Shown here piece after piece: positions 24,079-37,847 of a DNA stretch of 64,000 nucleotides. Source of the stretch: Cyanophora paradoxa CCMP329. Its lineage: Eukaryota; Plantae; Glaucophyta. The translations under genes were made by a program, and so were the position numbers. Numbering within the stretch: the stretch's first letter is position 1; the number at the start of each line of letters is the position of its first letter. The notes beneath the pieces were generated by a model that saw only the letters and a program-made list of their open reading frames with translations, was not told the DNA's origin and made no database searches. The DNA lies in the NCBI GenBank assembly GCA_004431415.1, contig QPMI01000017.1, positions 124,001 to 188,000 of the forward strand. Reading direction: 5' to 3'.

Positions 24079-27000
24079 ATGCCGGCGCCGGAGCCGCCGG
24101 ATTCGTACGAAGCGTACAGGCGGATCGGAAGCCTCAAGAGCCGCCTGGAGACCCTCGGCTATGGCGAAAGGCTCGTTCCTGAGGCCGCGGCGTTGACCGA
24201 GAGATTGCTCGAAGACCTGGTGGCAGTCTCTGGTGACTTCACCCGCTTCAAGTCCGAGAATGCCATGCAGGCGGAGGAGATCGGGAAGCTGCAGCGCCAG
24301 GTGCGCGGGGCGCGTCGTCGCGCCACAACCGCGGTGTTTGAGCGCCGCGCCGCCCAGATCCAGCCGCTGCGGAAGGAGAACGGCCGATTGATACGCGAGA
24401 ACAACCAGCTGCACCTGGAGCTCATCAAACTGGCGGAGGACGCCGACCAGCGGGAGAAGGAGCGGGCCCTGGCGACGCGGCGAATCGAGGGCCAGCTCGC
24501 GGACCTGCAGTTCATGAACGCCCAGCTGAGCGCGGACAAGAAGGCCCTCGAGCACGACCTCGAGCGCGCCCGCCTGCGCCTCCAGGAGCTCTTCAGCAAG
24601 GGCCCGCCTGGTGCGCGCCGCGGCCGCCTCCCCCGCGCCGCACGAGCGACGGGGCCCGCAGACAACTACTCGATCCAGCACCTGATGGACATGTCGAAGC
24701 CCCTCGGTGCTCCCCCGCGCCCGACCGCCGCCCGCCCGCGCTCCTCTGAGCCCCGCGGGCGGCGCAGAGTCGGCGGCGGGATGGAGGCGGCAGTCGGCGC
24801 TGCCGGTGCGGCCGACGCCGGACCCGAACGTGGTGGACGCACTGCGCGCGGCGGAGGCGCAGGCGGCGGCCCTCCAGCAGCGCACGGAGCGCGCCGAGGC
24901 GGCGCGCGAGGCCCTCCAGGAGACGGTCCGCCCGCCCCGGCGCCCGCCGCCTCCCCTCTGAGCGCGCGCAGGCGGCGGAGCTGCAGCGGCGCGTGGCGGC
25001 GCGGGAGGCGGAGATCGCGCGGCTGCAGTCGCTCACGGAGGCCGGCCGGGACCCGCAGACGGTCGCCGACCAGCACGCCCGCGACTCCAACCAGCTCCTC
25101 GTCCAGCAGGTCGCCCCGCACGCCTGCCCTGCGGCTTCTCCCAGCGGCCTCTTCTGAATGCTGGGCGCAGCTGACGGAGCAGATCGGGGTGCTGAACGCG
25201 GAGCTGGCGCGGGCGGAGGCGGAGCGGGCGCGGGCGGGGAGCAACGAGGAGGCGATGCTGCGGGCGAACGAGGAGCGGGAGAAGCTGGCGGCCGGCCTCG
25301 CCGAGGTCCTCCAGCGCAACGAGGCGCTGCTGGAGAGGGTCGCCCGCCTCCAGTCGGAGCTCGCGGGGGCCTCCGCGGGGCGCGATGAGGAGGTCCGCGC
25401 CGCCCGCCGCCGCGCCGAGGAGACCGCCGCCCTCGCCGTCGCCCACGAGACGTGCGCCCCGCCGCTCCGCTCGCTCCGCCCCGGCTCGTTCGCCGCCCGC
25501 CGCACCCCGCTGAGGCGCCGCGCCCCGGCTGCATGCAGGCGGATCGCGGAGCTGCTGCAGGAGCGGGAGGAGGCGCGGCGGGCCCGCGAGCTGCTCATCG
25601 ACGAGCTGGAGCGCGTGCGCGTCTCGCTGAACGCGGCGAGCGCGGACCGGGCGGTGCTGGCGGGCAAGCTCGCCGATGGGGACGCGGAGCGGGAGCGGCT
25701 GGGGCGGGAGGTGGCGCACCTGAAGGGGACGCTCACGGGCGAGGCGCGGGACCTGCAGCGCCGCTACGACGAGGCGGCCGCCGAGCTCGGCCGCGCCCTC
25801 GCCAAGGCGGCGGCGCTGGAGGCGGACCTGCGGCAGGCCCGCCAGCAGCTCGCGCAGGCGACGGCCGAGCGGGAGGCGGAGGCGGCGGTGATGCGCTCGC
25901 TGCGGGCGGACCTGGGCGCCAGCGAGGCGCTCGCGCGGCAGCAGGCGTCGGCGATGACGGCGCTCACGGCGGAGAACGAGAAGCTGGCGGCGGAGCGCTC
26001 GCGGGTCGGCGAGGGGGCGCAGGCGAGCGACCGGGAGCGGGCGCGGCTGGAGACGGAGGTCGCCTCGCAGGCGCGCAAGGTCCGGAGCCTCCAGGCCCTG
26101 CTCTCCCAGGCCGAGGAGGAGCGCGAGGCGCTCCGGGGCGAGGCGGCGCGCCTCGCCGGCACGCTCAAGGGCGAGCGGGAGCGGGCGACGGAGGCGGAGG
26201 CGGAGCTGCGCGGGCGCGCCGACGAGTTGGCGCGCGCCCAGGCGGCCCTTCGCGAGCTCGAGGGCGAGAACGAGCGCCTCGCCTCGCTCCTCGGCTCCAA
26301 CGAGCGGGCGCGCACGCCCCGCCGTCTCTCTTTCGCGCCCGCTGACGCCTGCGCAGGAGCTGCGGCGGACGGAGACGGCGAAGGTGATCGTGGAGCGGGA
26401 GCGCGAGTCGCTGGCGGCCGCCCAGTCCCGCGCGGACTCTCTCGCCGAGCAGCTCCGCCGGTGCACCCGCCCCCGCCCCCGCCGCCGCGCTCGCCGCGGC
26501 CCTCCGCTGAAGGCGCGGCGGCAGGGCGCTGGACGAGGCGGCGGGGCGGGAGGTGGAGGCGGGGCGCCTGCGGCTCGAGCTGCGGCGCCTCGACGGGCAG
26601 CTGGCGCAGGCGGCCGAGGACCGGGCGGCCTCGGCGGCGGCCCTCGCGGCGGCCTCGCGCCAGCGCGACGACCTCGTGGCCGTCAACGCGGAGCTCGAGC
26701 GCGAGCTGGCGGCCGCGCAGGCGGCGGGGCGCGCGGCGGGCGCCGAGCGCTCGCACGCCGACGAGCTGCTGGAGCGGGCGGAGGAGGAGGCGAGGGCGCG
26801 CCGCGAGGCGGAGAAGACGGCCCTCATGCAGGCCGAGCGCCTCTCCACCGCCCTGCGGGTCCGCCCTCCGCCCCCGGTCCTCATCGAGCAGACAGAGCTC
26901 TGAGGGCCGCGCAGCGCGTGGAAGGCGAGCGGGAGGCGGCGGAGGAGGCGGCGCGGCGGGCGGCGGCGGAGCTGGAGGCGGTCTCGCGGCGGGCGGAGGC

Positions 27001-28970
27001 GGCGCGCGAGGAGGCGGCGCGGGCGCGCAGCCGCGCGGACGCGGCGGAGGCGGACCGCGAGCGGCTGCGGGCGGCGCTGCGGGACGCAGAGGAGGGCCGC
27101 GCCGGCGACGCCCTCGCGGCGCGGCGGCGCGATGAGGAGGCGGCGGCGGCGCGGGCGCGGCTGCGGGGCGCGGAGGCGGCGGCGGAGGAGGCGGCGCGGG
27201 AGGCGGAGGAGCTGCGGCAGCAGGTCGAGCAGCTGCGGGCGCTCGTGGCGGCGCTGGAGCGCTCGCGCGGGGACGCCGCGGGGCGCGCGCACGACGCCTC
27301 GGGCCAGACCCGCGAGCTCCAGCAGCGCGTCGCCGCCCTCGAGGAGCAGGCTGCGGCGGCCAAGGCCGAGGCGCGCAAGGCGGCCGGCGAGGCGGGCGAG
27401 CTGCGCGCCGCGCTGGCGGCGCTGGACGGGGAGCGGGACGCGCTGCGGGACGAGCTGGACGCGGCGCAGGAGCGCCTCGCCGCCGCCGAGGCGGAGGGCG
27501 ACAAGGGGCGCGAGGAGCGGCGGCGGCTGGCGGACGCGCTGGAGAAGGCGAATCGGCAGGCGGAGCTGCTGGCGGAGCAGGCGACGCGGCGGGACAACGA
27601 GCTGCGGGCGGCCAAGGCGCAGGCGGCGCGGCTGGCGGAGGAGCGGGAGGCGCTGCAGCGGGAGGCGGCGCTGCGGGCGCAGGACGCGAAGACCCTGGGG
27701 GAGGACCTCAGGAGCCTGGCGCGGGAGAACCAGGCCATGGCGCGCGAGGCCGGGGCGGCCGCCGAGGCGCGGGAGCGGGCGCTGGAGCAGCTGCACGAGG
27801 CGGCGGCGCGGGCGAGCTACCTCGAGCAGGTCGTCCAGGCGGCGGGGCACGAGAAGGGCGACCTGCTGGAGGCGTACCGGGCGCTGGGCGAGGACAACGC
27901 GCGGCTGACGCAGGCCCTCTCCAACGCCGCCGAGGAGGCCGGCGACCTCCGCGCCCGCCTCGCCGCCGCCGAGCGCGAGGGCGCCGCGCTCGCGGAGGCG
28001 CAGCGGGCGGCGGAGGAGGTCATGCGGCGCCAGGCGCTCGACCTCCAGGCCCACGAGCGCCAGGCCGAGCGTGCGCCCGCCCCTCCCACCTTTCCCACCT
28101 GCTCCGCCTTGCTCAGCGCGCGCGCGCAGAGCTCTCGCGGGCGCTGCAGCGCGCGCACGCGCAGCTCGAGATGACCGCCGGCGAGAAGTCGGTGCGCCCC
28201 GGGCCCGCCGGCGCCGCCTCGCCTCCACCCCCCGCGCCTCACACCCCACACAGGCGCTCTTCCAGGACGCGACGGCGGTGCAGGCGGCGATGCGGGGCGT
28301 GGAGGCGACGCGGGAGGGCGCCGTGCGCGAGCTCGCCGCCGCGCAGGCCGACCTCTCCTCCGCCCGCGCCGCCCTCGCCGAGCTCTCCGCCGAGCGCGAC
28401 GCCCTCGCCGCGGCGCTCGCCGCGGAGCGGGCGCGCCTCAACGAGCTCGAGCGGATGATCGCCTCGCTGCGGACGGGAGAGGCCCGGGCGCAGTTCGCCC
28501 TGCAGCGCGCCGAGTCGATGGAGCGGGAGCTGGCGGCGCTGAAGGGCGGCAGGCCCGGCTCCGCGGCCTCGTCCCCCGGGACGCCGCCGGCCTCGGGCGG
28601 GGCCCGCACGGGCAGCGCCGCCGCCTCGCCGGCCTCGCGCCACAGCCCCGGCTCCGCCGCCTCGGCCTCGGCGGCGGGGGCGGCGGCGGCCGGCGACGCG
28701 GCGATGGAGCGCCGCGTGGCGAGCCTCCAGGCGACCGTCGAGCACCAGTTCAAGCGTGCGCCGGGGCGCCCCCGCCCCAGCCCCGCCTCCACAAAGCTCA
28801 GGCTCGCGCCCGCCCCCGCAGTGATCTCGGAGCTGGACGAGGAGCGGCTGCGACTGCAGTCGCGGCTGCGCTCCATGGGGCAGGACCCCTCGGGCCCCCC
28901 CGAGGGCACCCCCGAGGGGGCGCACCACTCCCCGCCCTCCGTCGAGTACACTTCGCTGGGGCCCGCCTAG
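24079..28970 (+). CDS. CEP135: Centrosomal protein 135 / basal body cartwheel protein BLD10, multi-exon
   Basis: N-terminus LKSRLETLGYGERLVPEAAALTERLLEDLV...IQPLRKENGRLIRENNQLHLELIK...ADLQFMN matches the conserved CEP135/Bld10 N-terminus. It is followed by a long coiled coil with EDLRSLARENQ and EKGDLLEAYRAL. Confidence 0.9.
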
Positions 28971-30369
28971 GGTCCCCCCTCCGTTCCCTCAGCCTGTACC
29001 GTACCCCCGCCCGAGGATGTCCCCCGAACTTGAGAAGGGACCGCCTCTCTTTTTGCCGACTTCTGGATTTTGCCGCCGGTGGGAGGGGGGAGGGGGAGAG
29101 AGGGGGGGGGGGGGGGGGGGGGGGGGACTTTTTTGAGAATTCGGGCCTGTCACAGTGTCGGGCGCTTCTCGAGCAGCGCAGCATATATGTGCGTATATGT
29201 GTGTACGTAGTTCAGGCCCGCGGCCGCGGCCGGCGACGGGGACCGTCGGACTTAATTGAAGCAGCGCGAACATATATAAGATGCCCATCAATGATTCAGC
29301 TGCGCAAGTTCGATCATGATCTGGCCGTCCATATGCGCCAGTCAGAACCCGAAATTAGCAACTGATTCAGTCAAGCTTAAGACTGAGCACCAGTTTCCTC
29401 GAAGTCTCAAGACCAAATGCAGGGTGCTCCCTTCTTGGATGCCATATTGAGTCAGCGTGCGGCCATCTTAACTTCGACTTGCCTGCCGGCAAAAATCAAG
29501 CGTTGCTGATCTGATCATGAAGGGCCGTGGATTCATGATCAGAGTTCAGAATTCAAGGGCACACTGAAAAAAAGATATTGATTAATAGCGCAAGCTTACC
29601 AGGGATGGTGCCATCCACTACCCAGATAACCCCTCTCAAATCTTGCACGAGCAATTGAAGGGGCACATTGAACTCCATGGTTTTCCCTGTGGTCATGAAC
29701 AAGCCTTGGCGAATGCAGTCGAATGCGGAAGCCGGCGAAATACGTGTACCTGTTAGAGTTTTGACAAGGATGTATGAGGTTCGGGAGCGATCAGCCTCTT
29801 CTCGCTCAAGCAACACGTCGAGCAGTAGTTCTCCACCCTCCGAGGCTCCCTGCGAATTACAGCATATCAATGAGCGAGAGAGACCATGCCAATCAGCCCT
29901 GCACTCAATGTATGTATACAGCTGCAGCTGCATGCGCAGCTGCACGCACTGAAGCCGGACGACAGGGTTAACGTTGGTGCGGCTGACGTCGATCCAGTTG
30001 CTCGAGTCGGATGTGCGGGCACGGGACGATGCCTTGCCCCTGCAGCTGCAGGAATTTCTTGAAAGAGAACCAAGAATCCAACGGACGGCCGATGCCCGAT
30101 TCGGCCGTGATTGTACTTCGTCCGCAACCCGGGTTGCAATTGGCGAATTCGTAGTTGAAGTCAAAAGAGAAGGCGTATTTGAACGTCGCCCACTCATTAC
30201 GGAAAAAATGTTGCTGAACACCTCGACCGCAGAAGCGACATCCATCAACGAGATTTAGCAAGCAGTCATTCTTTGCAAATTAAACAAAAATGTAAACCTG
30301 TTCCGAGGATGAAGCAGCCGCGACAAGCGCGCGGCGCGCATCCTCCGCAGAGGGCCGCGCTGCTGCTTC

Positions 30370-31350
30370 CGCCGTCCACATGCGCTGCACCAGCGCCTGC
30401 ACCGCTGGTGGCACTCCTGCCGCAACGCGTGAGCCCAAACTTTACGCACACGAAACGTTAACCCATGCATATGCAAATGCACCCTCCGTCGCGAGCTCCG
30501 GTCGCTGGCCCCCCAAAACGCGTTGCATAACCTGTCGCCTGTGCCTAAGAAGGGGCAGACCAGAGTACTAGTGTGCATTTGAATTTGCTGACCTGATAGA
30601 GGTGCACGCCAGCAAATTAAAGGGCACCTTTCTCGACAGCGCCTCATGATCATTCAACACAACCGCCGCCCCATATACATCTGCCGCAAAGTCCGGCCTG
30701 CGCGTGCGCCCCATCACTGAGAAATACCGTTGCTGCACCCCTCTAGATCTAGACCTAGATCTAGAGCTGCAGCTGCCGCCTCGAGCTCGCGATCGCACCG
30801 GCCCTCGCCTCGCAGTGCTTCCGGTGCCGCATAGGCGAAAGTGCCAACAGCCGCCGTCGCTGTCGATGCGGCCCCAGCAAGCTTAAGCGCGATGCCGAAG
30901 TCAGTCAGCTTGAACTGGAGCCGTCCGCCCTCTCCGCGGAAAACCTGCCCAGACCCCGCGACGGCCGTCAGCTCATGTCCATGGCCAAGACTCGACTGAA
31001 CGGCGCGCACTAGGATGTTGCCCGGCTTGACGTCGCGATGAACGATGTTGCGCGAATGCAAATGCGCCAGCGCCGCCAGCACCTGCTCGCCTGCGCATGC
31101 ACGCAGCCACCCGGTGACCGGTGTCACGCAGCAGCAGGTTAGTGAAAGAATGCCCTTCGCATCAAAGACGCGCACCAAGGTCGAGGCACTCGGCGAGGCT
31201 CAGACGCCGATCCGGATCCGCCAGCAGCGTCCGCAGGCTTGTGTCCGCCCGCTCCGTCACTAAAGTCACCCCGCCGTCCGCCTCCCGCACCAGTACTAGT
31301 CCATAGAACTGCACCACGCTGGCCATCGGGTACGTGGGGGTGACGCACCA
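30370..31350 (-). pseudogene. Protein kinase pseudogene
   Basis: Fragments HPHV..VVQFYG, LVTERADTSL, HLHSRNIVHRDVKPGNIL, KLTDFGIA, VGTFAYAAPE and ADVYGAAVVL, disrupted by palindromic insertions and frameshifts. Confidence 0.8.
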
Positions 31351-32483
31351 TGCATATGCTGGCCGCAAATGAAAGTGAGAAAACACAAGAGCTGGGGCGA
31401 ATTACGTACATGTCTCGATTTATTCGCACCTCAAGATCGCTGCTTCCGAAGTTCGCGTCGTAATTATAAGCGCCGCGCGGCTGCCTCGCGTTCCCCTGCC
31501 GAGCCGAGCGCCGCCGCCTCGATGACCTTCAACGCGACCGGCCATGCATATGAGCGGCAGCGATGTTCCATGATCAAATTAAATTAATTATCAAAGTCGG
31601 CAACCTCCTACGTATATATACGTATATATATACACTTTCCCGGTTTGACTGCAGCTGTTCCCGGCATCCCGGCCCGGCAAATTCGTAGGCCAGGGCCTGG
31701 AGGGGGTATACAAAGGCCGGGGCCTTGCAATTGGCCTGCCTGGGACCTAATCCGGATCCCGTACGCGTGGCAGGTCCCGACCTATATATAGCTACCCCCG
31801 TCATACCCGTACTACGGTATCTCCGCCTCCCGTGGCACTATATATGCGACTCCACTTGCAATTGTCTAGAGCACGTTCAATTCAACCCACACGCTTGTCA
31901 CAGTGTGCATGCAGACAGGGAGCTCGAGCCCGGCCCCGCGGCTGGCGCCCTAGGCGGCGTCCGTCGCGCGGGGCCGGGCCGCTTCGTGCCGCCGGGACCC
32001 ATGGCCACGGCCGAGGGGCCAGCGGCCGGCCCCGCGAGGGTGCCCCGGGGCGCCTGCCCCGCGAGGGCGCGCAGCTCGCCCTCGGCGGCGTTGCGCTCCT
32101 TCTCGAGCGCCCGCACTCGCTCCGGATCCTGCACTGCCACCGCCTCCGCCTCGGCGGTAGGCAGCTCCTCGCGCCGCCTCTGCAGCGCCTTGAGCGTTTC
32201 GAGCTGCCTACCCTGATTAAACGTAGTTCATTCTTCTGCTTTCCGTTCTTTAATTCTTAACTATGTATGCTTTCACGGGGACGTCGACCGGAGCAGCATA
32301 TATAGATTTAATTTTGAGTTCTGCTTCGCGACGGTTGAACAACATGAACTTGAACGACGAGCACCGTCGGGCACTAAATTACTGCGGCGTTAATTAACGC
32401 GGTTTCAAAAATGGCGCCGGCCCGGCCCTCCTCTGATCATGAGCTCGAGCAAAATACCGCGGTACCAAATTAACGCGTTTTAA

Positions 32484-33433
32484 CTAGCAGACCGCGCCCG
32501 GTCCTGTGCAAGTGCGGGAAGTGCGGGTTGCGCGTGGAGGTGCAAGCTTAAGGGGGGGGGGGTCCTTATATAATTATACACATTGCAGGGTACTTGGGGA
32601 TGGGGGAGGGGGTTGGGGTGTGAGGCTGGATATGGGGAGGGGGGGGGGGGGGGAGGGAGGGAGGGGGGTGGGATGAGGGGCGGAGGGGCGGGGCGGGGAA
32701 GGGGGGGGGGGGGGGGGGGGGGGCAGAGGTCCATAATTATCATCTTGAATAACAACTATTTCATTATCTAAAAAATAGGGGGGGGGAGGGAGGGGGGGGC
32801 AGAGAGGCAAGCTTAAGGCGGCCGGCCGGGCAGGTGGGGTGGCGACGCGGGCGGCGGCACCAGCGCGCGGGCGCGCGGGCGATCGCGAGGGCGGCGGCGG
32901 GCGGGAAGCCGGAGCGGCAGGTGGCGCCGGGTCCTGCGCATATATAGCCTGCGCATACGCAGAACCGAGGCGTCCGCTTAAGCCTGCCCCGGACAGCGGC
33001 TGTGCGCGGGCGGGGCCCAGCGGGGGCGGCCAGCTGCAGGCCAGATGCGCATGCGCAGCAGCAGCGGCGGGGCGAACCTCAAATCGACGAAGCCAAGGCA
33101 GCCGGCAGGGCGGCGGGCGGGGAAGCGGGCGGAGCGGCATGCGCACGTGGTGCACGTGCCGGGCACTGCGCGCTAGGGCCGAGGCGCCAGCGCGCTCTGG
33201 AGAGCGGCGGCGCGGGGGCGAGGCCCAGCGCGCGGCTAGCTATAGCTCGGCCCAGAGAATGCTGCGGGCGCTGGGGCGCTGTCCGCGGGTCAAGACACGC
33301 GTACGCGCGCGTGGCGTTGAGGCCTAGGCGTGCACGCGTACGCGTAAGAGCTGGCCCGCGGCTGCGCCGTACTACGGTACTCAAAGCTTGCAATTGCTCA
33401 CCGGCATGACAGCTCGTCGTGACTGCGCTTGAG
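32484..33433 (-). mobile_element. Non-autonomous Helitron-like repeat (copy B)
   Basis: Inverted homologue of 147-1171. Its minus-strand 3' end is GACCG-GGCG-CGGTC-TG-CTAG|T. A third degenerate 3' fragment lies at ~33819-33907 (+). Confidence 0.55.
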
Positions 33434-35263
33434 GGTCTAGACATCTCTAAATCGTAGCTGGAGTCTAGATCTGCTTGAACCGGAGTTCGTCAGAAACCGA
33501 GAGCGTAGGCGGAACGCCGCGGCCCGAGCTCGAGGCCGCAGCCGGAAGCGCTAGCGCACCGGAACGCCGCGTCGCGAGCAGAGCTAGCGCTGCGAGCTCG
33601 TGCACAGCTGCTTCGCTTGCTGCTTCGTCCGGTCCAGGTGGAGCTCGAGCGCTGGCCACCCATATGCATATGCATATGCATGTGCATGCTCCATTCCCCC
33701 CTGCTCGAGTCGCGGGTAGGCCTGCTGCTTGACCCCCCCCCGGCTTCTATATAGCTACATGCGCCCCTCGAGCTCCGAGGCTCGGCCCTCTCTTCAGCCC
33801 GCGCGCACTGCCCCACGATACCCCCCCTTGCACATCCGCGCGCGGTCTGCGCATGCCCGCGTCGCACTCGCCCTCGCAACAGGCCGGCCGCGGGCGCGGT
33901 CGCCTAGGGATAGTTGGGGGCATTCATGAACATATTCCGTTGTCAGAGGTGAATTGAAGGAGTAAGATCTAGAAGAGCAGAAACAATCGCGAGATGAGAG
34001 ATAGACCCGACGGAGATGGCGAAAGGCCTCCGGAGCCGGCATGCGCAATTCACCAAAAAAAAAGAGAGATAGACTGCAAGTAAAGATAGCGCTTCATCCC
34101 ATCCCATCAAATGCAAAGGTTTACGCTCATGATCAGGATTAGTTGTGCAATCGATTAGGTATATTCGAGAGAGAGTCCTTCACTGAGTCGGTCACTGAGT
34201 CTAGATCTAGATCTCTAGATCTAGAATTCAGATCATGATCAGGCATCAGCGAAGGCCTCGAGGTCGGCCTCCAAAGACATCTGAGATTGCACCAGCGGAT
34301 CATCATCACGGCATGCGCACAGACCCGGGGCGGGGTGCACACCGCCTGGTCGAGGGCGTCGGCGGCAGCGTCGTACTCGACCGCATCCATCGCGAGCTCC
34401 TCCATGAGCTGCGTGCGCGCTAATTATTAATTATATATAATGCACGGCCGACCAAATATCTTCAAGGCTTATGCAGACTTCGAGCGCGCGGGGCCGGGCA
34501 ATTGCAAACCTGCAGCTGGGAGTCGATGTCCGTTTCTGCATCGTGAACGCTCACGATCTGCGCACGAGGATCGAGCATCAGTTCATTTTGTCTCAAGTAG
34601 AAGTCGCCCTATGCACGCATGTGCATGTGCGCGCCTGCGTCTCTGCGTCCAGCGCGGCGAGGCCGATCGATCTCAATAAGGCTTCGGCTTTGGCTTGATC
34701 TTCTTTCGTCAGGGGTTTGTTTGCGCAATTCCTTGCCACTGTTGATCTGCTCCCGATGGAGAGGCCGCCTTCGGCCCAGCACTTCTCGACGCATGCTTTC
34801 CCCGTGCAAGTCCTGCTATTGGGAGTCTCGCCGCCCGTGCAGTTTCGGCCCTTCCAGCACTCAACTGTGCATACAGCGCCGCGTGAGCCGTGCATATATA
34901 TGCACTGCGCATGCGGCAGATCTCGCACGCACGGTTCCGCGTTCCGAATCGGGACATGATGTTGCTCGTAGGAAAGCAGCAGGCGTATACGTAGGAAAGC
35001 TTAAAAAGCCGGCGCTGACCCGCCGCTGCGGCTAACTTCTGAGCTCCGCTTGATCTAGATCTGATCCCGGGCCTTCGGGAATATGCATGTGCCTTCAAGG
35101 CTTCGCGGACTCCCGGGAGCCGACGGGAGGGCCGGCCCGGGCCGCCCGGCCGGGCCGCCGCCGGCCCGCCGGGCGCCCGGCCCGCTGGGGATCCGGAGGG
35201 CCCCGAAAAGCGTCCAATTTGCGACTCGATCGCGAGACCGTCGGACTGCGAGGTATGGCACCG

Positions 35264-36698
35264 TATGGGTGGGCCGGGGCTCGAGCCCAAATCGCCAGCT
35301 CGAGCCGAGCTCGAGCCGGGACCCCTCGAGCCGCGAGCCGGCTCGAGCCGGCTCGAGGGGGGGCACCGGTTCCCGGATCGGACTTAGGCGCGTGGACAAG
35401 TAGGAGCACATAGTATTCAGCGAACACCGCGGCGCTACCCAGCGTCTGAAGCCTCATGATCACTGACAGAAGACGAATCGAAGGCGAGGGCTGCTTACGC
35501 TTCGCACCACTAGTACTGCTGCTAGCGCTAGCCTGGTCTGCTGCTGCCTTGGCAGCCGTGGCTGCCTTTCAAGTTTAATTTGCGCATGCAGCCTCAGTTG
35601 CGGCCTCCTTAGCCTAGGCCTGCCACATTGCGAATTCGAAGACGTACATGTCTTTCGCTGAAGGAATATAAACATCTGACTTGGAGGGTTGAAAAAATGT
35701 CCACGCCAGAGTGGTGAAGCTCATAGAGAAAAGAGAAAGCCTCTAGATCTACCGTAGTACTGCCTCTGGAGCGAGATTGGTCCGCTTAGGCGAAACGAGC
35801 TCGAGAGTGCCTGAATGCGACCAAACACGCTCGCTAACAGCAGCTGCAGCTGGCTTAGCGCCATAGCGGCGGAAAAGGCTACTCAAAATGGGATAGCTAG
35901 CTGCCCGGCTCCGCCAGAACACAAGACAGGCGGAAAGATCCTCATCTGCAGCTATGCCTGGTTCAGCACACGATGCCGAGCTTCCCTTCACGCCGGCGCA
36001 GCACACGATGCCGAGCTTCCCTTCTGGGCTGCAGCTGCGACCTAAACGAGCGTGTTCCCAAATCCACGAGTCCAGTTGCTTCTCGGATTTCACACGCTTC
36101 CACTCGTCATCGTCGAGCGGCTGCATGCGCAGCCCGGCAGGCGCGGGGGGCGCCGGCTCGTCGCCCAATATATATATATATATATGCCTTCTACCTCGTC
36201 GACGTCGTCTGCATCCGATGATCTGCATCGCTGCGCGCTGATTCGGAAGGGCTCGGCGACGGGCCGCGATCGCTCTCGACCGTACGCGTCGACGTCGGAC
36301 GACCCGGTTGGGCCGCGCCGGTTGCAATTGGCCATGGGCGGCGGTATACGTACGCGCTGGAAGAAACCTGTCAAAGGCTTCGAATTCTCGGTTGCAGGGC
36401 TTGGCGCCCGCGGCGGCTTGGCCGGCTGCTGAGCGCGCGGTCGCGCTCATCGCTGCTCGCGACGAGCCTCACGTAGTATGTACGGCTGCGCCGGGTCGTT
36501 CTAGGGGGGGCTCGAGCCGGGGGGGGGGGGGGGGGGGGGGCGAGCTGGCTCGAGCCGGCACCGGCCGCGCTGTAGCCCTCGAGCGGCTCGGCTCGCCGTG
36601 CACGTGGGCTCGAGCCGACCGAGTCCGGCTCGAGCCGGTCCGCCCCCTCGGCTCGGCTCGGCTCGGCTCGAGCCGGGCCGGCTCGAGCCCCATCTCTA
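35264..36698 (-). mobile_element. Internally deleted hAT DNA transposon (left boundary approximate)
   Basis: Terminus TAGAGATG on the minus strand at 36698, similar to Ac TAGGGATG. Subterminal GGCTCGAGCC/GAGCC arrays at both ends. hAT C-terminal dimerisation remnant FWRSRAASYPILSSLFRRYGAKPAAAAVSERVWSHSG...KRTNLAPE at ~35752-35945. Confidence 0.8.
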
Positions 36699-36787
36699 CT
36701 ACGTATACGTATACGCGTACGGCAGCCGCGCGACTCGGCGACCGTGACCTGACTAGCTAGTAGTCTAGTACTAGTAGTCTAGTACTA

Positions 36788-37040
36788 TCGTATAACAGAA
36801 TATTAGTGCGCGCATAATATTAATGCGCCCCCAATTTAATGCGTTTTCTGCCGTCAAAACGCATTAATTTGGGGGCGCATTAATATTGAAACGCTAAGAA
36901 ACTGCTGTCTGTACCCCCCATATGCAGCCAAAAGGCTTCAAAACGCATTAATTTGGTGCCGCATTAATAGGCATAATAGGCCCCGGGGTCCGGGTCCAAA
37001 AACGCATTAATATTGAGCGCATTAATATTGTGTTATACGG
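36788..37040. mobile_element. Tc1/mariner-type MITE (253 bp)
   Basis: TIRs (T/C)CGTATAACA(G/C)AATATTA..GCGC / GCGCATTAATATTGTGTTATACGG, flanked by TA on both sides. Internal repeats of AAAACGCATTAAT. Confidence 0.85.
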
Positions 37041-37847
37041 TAGCATTGGAAGTGGTCAGAAGTTTTATTTCGAGCCCATTTGGGCGAAGGCACACTCATG
37101 AATTTCCTAGGGCACGCCAGGGGTACGGTGAGGTCTGACCCTTAGCGAAGTGCAGGGTGCTCCTATCGCATCGCATTGCTTATCGCTTACTTAAACTTCA
37201 TTATACATGCAAGAGATAGGTACAGGAAATTACGACGTGTTCTGCACGAGAAAAGGGCCCCCCGAATATTTTCTCGTGCAAAATGTTTTGAGAGTCCAGC
37301 TGCAGCCGAGACCAATTGCAAAACATTTTGCAAAAACTTCTACAAAATATTTTGTTTTATTTTTCAAAAATGTTTCGACCGGAACCCTGTCGACGTCGCC
37401 GAGTCGCTTCCGAAAGTTCGCCCGCCGTAGATCTTTAAAAGAGATATATATATACTAACGATTTTGTGATTTCTCTATAGCTTTGTGAGGACCCCTTTTT
37501 TTCGCGAGCTGTGTCCGGCGCGATACGTATATATATACAAACGCGTCAAAAAAAGTCAGGCGCAAACCGGCTCCCTGGAGGCTGGAGCCCGATCGAGAGG
37601 CGACGAGAGCCCGCGGCTGAAGGTTCCAAACGTTTAGTCGAGCGTCCCTGAGAGCCTGTGAGAGGCTGAGACTAGGGTTGCCGCTTACACTTACAAACAC
37701 AGCTCGTTTTTTTTACCAGTCGACTCAACATATCATAGTATGCCCGTTGTATGGCCGCGCCGCCGCGGCCGCCCGCCCCCCGTCCCCGCGAACACGGTCC
37801 CCATCGCCCCGCGGCCGTGTACCGGCGCGCAGCGGCGCACCCTTGCC

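Noticed and set aside
7076-28970. Hundreds of long Arg/Pro/Gly/Ala-rich ORFs on both strands (e.g. 760 aa at 9463, 928 aa at 26165)
   Set aside because: Stop-codon scarcity at very high GC. They are shadows or read-throughs of spliced genes.
37045-37745. AT-richer segment before the CEP135 duplicate (and 56730-57240) as transposon ends
   Set aside because: No matching TIR partner or TSD could be identified within the window.
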